Made by a program: the position numbers and the translations under genes. From positions 1-64,000 of the forward strand of contig CAVYXJ010000013.1 in the NCBI GenBank assembly GCA_963772455.1: a stretch of DNA of 64,000 nt. Reading direction: 5' to 3'. Under the pieces are notes generated by a model. The model did not search any database. It was not told the origin of the DNA and saw only the letters and a program-made list of their open reading frames with translations. Source of the DNA: Candidatus Bathyarchaeota archaeon. Its GTDB lineage: Archaea > Thermoproteota > Bathyarchaeia > Bathyarchaeales > Bathycorpusculaceae. Below, piece by piece: positions 60,193 through 64,000 of the stretch; positions within the stretch are counted from its first letter, which is position 1, and every line of letters begins with the position of its first letter.

Positions 60193-61719
60193 ATGGCTGA
60201 ATTAAGAACCCAAGAACAACAATTACTATCCACGTTGGAATCGCTTGGTGGATCAGCAACTGTAGATGATTTAATCCAAGCTTGCGGAATCCAAGATACA
60301 GCCGTTATGCGTAATGCATTGATACTTCAAGAAAAAAACTTTGTTGCTATTCGTGCGAAAATCCAAAATATTATCAAACTAACTCCTGAAGGAGAGAAAT
60401 ATGCCAAAGAAGGCTTACCCGAACGTAACCTAATTTTGGCAACTGCAGCACTAGGAGGAACAGCAGACCTTCAAGAAGCAGCAAAAAAAGCCAACCTAGC
60501 ACCAGAATTCATCCAAATAGCACTCGGATGGACAATTAGAAAAAAATGGGCAACCTACACGCCTAAAAACAATACTCTCCATATCACTGAAACACTTTTG
60601 CACCAAACAACAATTCCAGAAGACTGTGATGAAACATTTTTGAAACATTTAATCACAAAGCACCAAGCTGCCCAAGAAGATCTTAGCCCAGAACTTCAAA
60701 AAGCCACTGAACAACTTAAAAAACGAAAGCTTCTGACAATCGAACCTAAAACCACCCGTACACTTCAAATCACAGTAGAAGGTAAGAAAGCTGTATCTGA
60801 GGCAACGATCACACCTCAAGAAATAACCACTCTAACCCCTGATTTAATAATCACGGGTAAATGGAAAACTGCAAAACTCCAAAAATACAACATTCAAGCG
60901 CCTGTGGCGAAAAATTGGCCAGGAAAAAAACATCCATATCTTCAATTTCTCGATGAAGTCCGTGCGAAACTGGTTCAACTGGGCTTTCAAGAAATGGTGG
61001 GAACTGCGGTTGAAACCAGTTTTTTCAACTTCGATTCGTTGTATGTGCCCCAAGACCATCCAGCACGGGAAGCTAGTGACATTTACTATGTTAATGATCC
61101 AAAATCAGGTGACATAACTGATGAGGTTGTTTTGCAGCAGGTGAAGGAGACTCATGAAAACGGCTGGAAAACAGGCTCTACAGGTTGGGGATACAAATAT
61201 TCTCTACAAGCAGCCCAACGTTTGCTTCTCCGCGGTCACGGCACATGCTTGAGCGCAAGAACCCTTGAAGCTGGAAACTTTGAAGTCCCAAGCAAACACT
61301 TTTCAATTGCACGAGTATATCGACCCGAAATTACTGATAAAACGCATCTCTCAGAATTCAACCAAGTCGAAGGTATAATAATCGATGAAAACCTGAACCT
61401 GAAAGACTTGCTTGGAGTTTTGGGTAAATTTGCAATGGAGATTGCTGGAGCAGACAAAATTCGCTTCAAACCCGACTACTTCCCCTTCACGGAACCCAGC
61501 GTGGAACTCTCAGCTTATAAGGAAGGTTATGGTTGGGTGGAATTTGGTGGCTCAGGAATTTTCCGTCCCGAAGTCACGTTGCCTCTTGGAGTTAAGGAAC
61601 CAGTCATTGCTTGGGGGCTTGGTGTTGATCGCCTCTTTATGATGCGTGCTGGCATTGAGGATATTCGAATGATTTTTAGTCAAGATCTCGATTGGCTTAG
61701 GAAAAAACAGGTGACATAG
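60193..61719 (+). CDS. pheS: Phenylalanyl-tRNA synthetase alpha subunit (archaeal type)
   Basis: GKKHPY, FNFDSLYVPQDHPARE, THLSEFNQVEG, YFPFTEPS and AWGLGVDR motifs. Confidence 0.96.
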   Translation: MAELRTQEQQLLSTLESLGGSATVDDLIQACGIQDTAVMRNALILQEKNFVAIRAKIQNIIKLTPEGEKYAKEGLPERNLILATAALGGTADLQEAAKKANLAPEFIQIALGWTIRKKWATYTPKNNTLHITETLLHQTTIPEDCDETFLKHLITKHQAAQEDLSPELQKATEQLKKRKLLTIEPKTTRTLQITVEGKKAVSEATITPQEITTLTPDLIITGKWKTAKLQKYNIQAPVAKNWPGKKHPYLQFLDEVRAKLVQLGFQEMVGTAVETSFFNFDSLYVPQDHPAREASDIYYVNDPKSGDITDEVVLQQVKETHENGWKTGSTGWGYKYSLQAAQRLLLRGHGTCLSARTLEAGNFEVPSKHFSIARVYRPEITDKTHLSEFNQVEGIIIDENLNLKDLLGVLGKFAMEIAGADKIRFKPDYFPFTEPSVELSAYKEGYGWVEFGGSGIFRPEVTLPLGVKEPVIAWGLGVDRLFMMRAGIEDIRMIFSQDLDWLRKKQVT

Positions 61720-63427
61720 ATGCCTACAATAGACATAGATTACGCTGAGCTGGAACGTTTGCTCAATGTACAGTTGAACGGTGATATGGCAAAACTTGAT
61801 GACATCCTTGCTTACGTTAAAGCAGAAGTGAAAACCTTCAACGAAAAAGAATGCTCGGTTAGTATCGAAATGAAGGATACAGCAAGACCTGACCTTTGGA
61901 GCGTGGAAGGATTAAGCCGCGCATTGCAAGGTTACCTAAATCATGCCAAAGGAATAAAAAAGTATTCTATAGGTAAATCAGCAATAGAAGTCAACGTTAA
62001 TGCCAAACTATTCGGCGTTCGACCATACATCTGCTGCGCAATAATCAAAGACATCCACCTCTCTGACAGCATAATTAAAGGCATAATGCATCTCCAGGAC
62101 AAACTTGACCAAACCAACGGTCGAAGCCGCCAAAAAACATCCATAGGCATATACAACTTGGATCTAATTAAACCGCCAATCGAATACACCGCGGTTAAAC
62201 CAAAAGAAGTAAATTTTGTTCCATTAGGATTCACTGAAAAAATGGGCTTAGATGAAATTCTTGAGCGTCACCCAAAAGGTATCGAGTACGGCCAAATAGT
62301 TAAGAAAAATCTTCTTTATCCTATGTTATTCGACTCTGAAGGCAAAGTCCTCTCTTTCCCACCAATCATTAACTCAAATGATTTAGGCAAAATTACTGAA
62401 GAATCACGCAATTTGCTTGTTGAAGTCACAGGAACCCTGCATAAAACCGTTTTAAACACACTTAACTTGGTTACGTTGGCGTTGATTGACCGCGGAGGAA
62501 AAGCTTACTCAGCAACAATCAATTACCCAGCAAAGTCCGAGTACTCTGAGAAAGTAGTGGTTACTCCTGATTTTAACAATCGTGTCGTATCTTTGAGTGT
62601 TGAATATACGAACAGACTTTTAGGTCTGAAGTTGAGCTGCAAACAAATTTCTGATTTGTTGCTTATCGCTGGTTTAGAGGTTGAGAAGGTTTCGGGTGAT
62701 AGCTTATCGGTTTTGGTTCCATGCTACCGAGTTGATGTAATGCATCAGGTGGACATAATCGAAGACGTCGCTATTGCATACGGCTACAATAACATCGAGC
62801 CTACATGGCGTGAACTGCCGACAACTGGACGCGCAAAATACGACCAACGTTACATCGACGTAGCCCGCGACTTGATGGTTGGATTGGGATACCAAGAAAC
62901 CCTCAACACAACCTTGACTAATCAAGAAAAACTTTTCCAAAAAATGAACATGCATACAATCAAAATAATCGAACTCAACAACCCAAAAATTGTTACTATG
63001 ACCTGCTTGCGCAATTGGCTCCTGCCAAGCCTCATGGAGTTCCTCAGCAACAACACTTCAGTTGAGTTTCCGCAAAAAATCTTTGAACTCGGCAAGGTGA
63101 CATTGCCTGATGAAACCAAGGAAACAAAAACTCGCGACGAAGATTGGCTGTCTGCTATAACCTCGCATCCTCAAGCAAATTTCAGCGAAATTAAATCTGC
63201 CCTCGACTCTTTTATGGCTAATTTTGGGGTGGAATGGCAAATAAAAGAAACTCTTCACCCAAGCTTCATCGAAGGCAGAGTCGGAAAAGTCATCGTTGGC
63301 AGGAACTGAAGTTGGCTTTGTAGGTGAAGTTAACCCTGTTGTGCTTGAAGCATGGAAATTAGAGAACCCAGCAGCCGCCTTCGAAGTTAATTTTAGAAAT
63401 ATCCTGGAAAGTAAATTGAAAAAATAG
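61720..63427 (+). CDS. pheT: Phenylalanyl-tRNA synthetase beta subunit (frameshift ~63300)
   Basis: RPDLWS.EG, SFPPIINS and YRVDVMHQVDIIEDVAIAYGY motifs. After HPSFIEGR the +1 frame gives GFVGEVNP..WKLENPAAAFE to TAG at 63427. Confidence 0.94.
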
Positions 63428-63437
63428 ATGCAGAACG

Positions 63438-64000
63438 CTAGAACCATGAGAGGGTTCCGTTTTTCCGTGCCGTTTTAAGGCACCAACTGTAAGCTAGGTA
63501 ACCGACGGGGAGAATTATGGCACACATAACTCCAAGAATGGCAAGATCAGGTAGAATCGCTTCGATGCCTTGCCCTATCAGCATGGGTCTGATGCATGTG
63601 AAGAAATAGTATTGTGGCACAAAGAAGCTAACTATCTGAAGCGGAAGCGGCATAACAGAGATTGGGAAGAGCACGTTTCCAAATAGGTTGGTTGCTAGGG
63701 TGATAATTGTAGTTACCGGGTCACCTTGCTTGGTTAAGATTAGGACTCCGGCGCCTATCATGCTGAACCCTATGAATGTTCCAATTCCCAATCCCACAAC
63801 GATGATGGTTCCGATTATGTTTATGCTGAGGATTACGCCGAAGGCTAAAACACCTACCGACAAATAGATAATGATAACAAGAGTGCTCCAGATGAAGCCC
63901 CAAAGCGAACTGCCAACAATAAAAGTTACCAATCCAGTGGGTGAAACCAGAACTTCCTCGAGGCTCCATGGGTTAATAGTTCGCTGGACAAGAGTGAGGC
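63438..64000 (-). CDS. ABC-2 type transporter permease (5' part beyond window, frameshifted near edge)
   Basis: Multiple TMs, FGNVLFPISVMP..LQ..P and terminal ARKNGTL. Confidence 0.7.
   Translation of the reverse strand, partial: LTLVQRTINPWSLEEVLVSPTGLVTFIVGSSLWGFIWSTLVIIIYLSVGVLAFGVILSINIIGTIIVVGLGIGTFIGFSMIGAGVLILTKQGDPVTTIITLATNLFGNVLFPISVMPLPLQIVSFFVPQYYFFTCIRPMLIGQGIEAILPDLAILGVMCAIILPVGYLAYSWCLKTARKNGTLSWF

Noticed and set aside
3708-63427. Many frameshifts (epimerase, 9874 membrane gene, pyrD, pyrK, citG, 57-58 kb gene, mch, pheT) as programmed frameshifting or genome decay
   Set aside because: They hit essential genes such as pheT, share no slippery motif and cluster in patches. 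The simplest explanation is uncorrected long-read indel error.
1-64000. CRISPR arrays, rRNA genes, IS elements, integrases, tRNA introns
   Set aside because: I found no repeat-spacer periodicity, no transposase or integrase motifs, and no intron in any of the three tRNAs.

Overview
Archaeal chromosomal window, most consistent with Bathyarchaeia or another TACK lineage. The evidence is a CdvA/CdvB/CdvC division cluster, an eL22-like ribosomal protein, H4MPT genes (RFAP synthase, DHPS-like, mch), an HdrA-MvhD fusion, archaeal PheRS, an ATP-dependent ligase and NreA. It opens with an AT-rich surface-modification block: methyltransferases, DUF362, an epimerase, and a collagen-like protein divergent from a processive GT2. 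Housekeeping and cofactor genes follow, with three tRNAs (Ile-GAT, Arg-TCG, Asp-GTC) and one probable box C/D sRNA. Many conserved genes (pyrD, pyrK, citG, mch, pheT and others) carry single-base frameshifts that look like long-read consensus errors, so single-nucleotide oddities need read-level confirmation. No CRISPR array, rRNA, integrase or transposase was seen. The most interesting candidate system is three paralogous COG1665-type Pol-beta nucleotidyltransferases clustered with a CitG homolog and mch. They may supply the unassigned late ribosyl-triphosphate/side-chain steps of methanopterin-type C1-carrier synthesis, or a CitG/CitX-like modification system with an unknown acceptor. Other highlights are an unannotated 16-codon lysine-rich microprotein with its own promoter, SD and terminator, a CBS-HPF hibernation-factor fusion, a probable ATA start on cdvB, and a minimal kinase-like gene upstream of nreA. 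All family assignments come from motif recognition by eye, not database searches.
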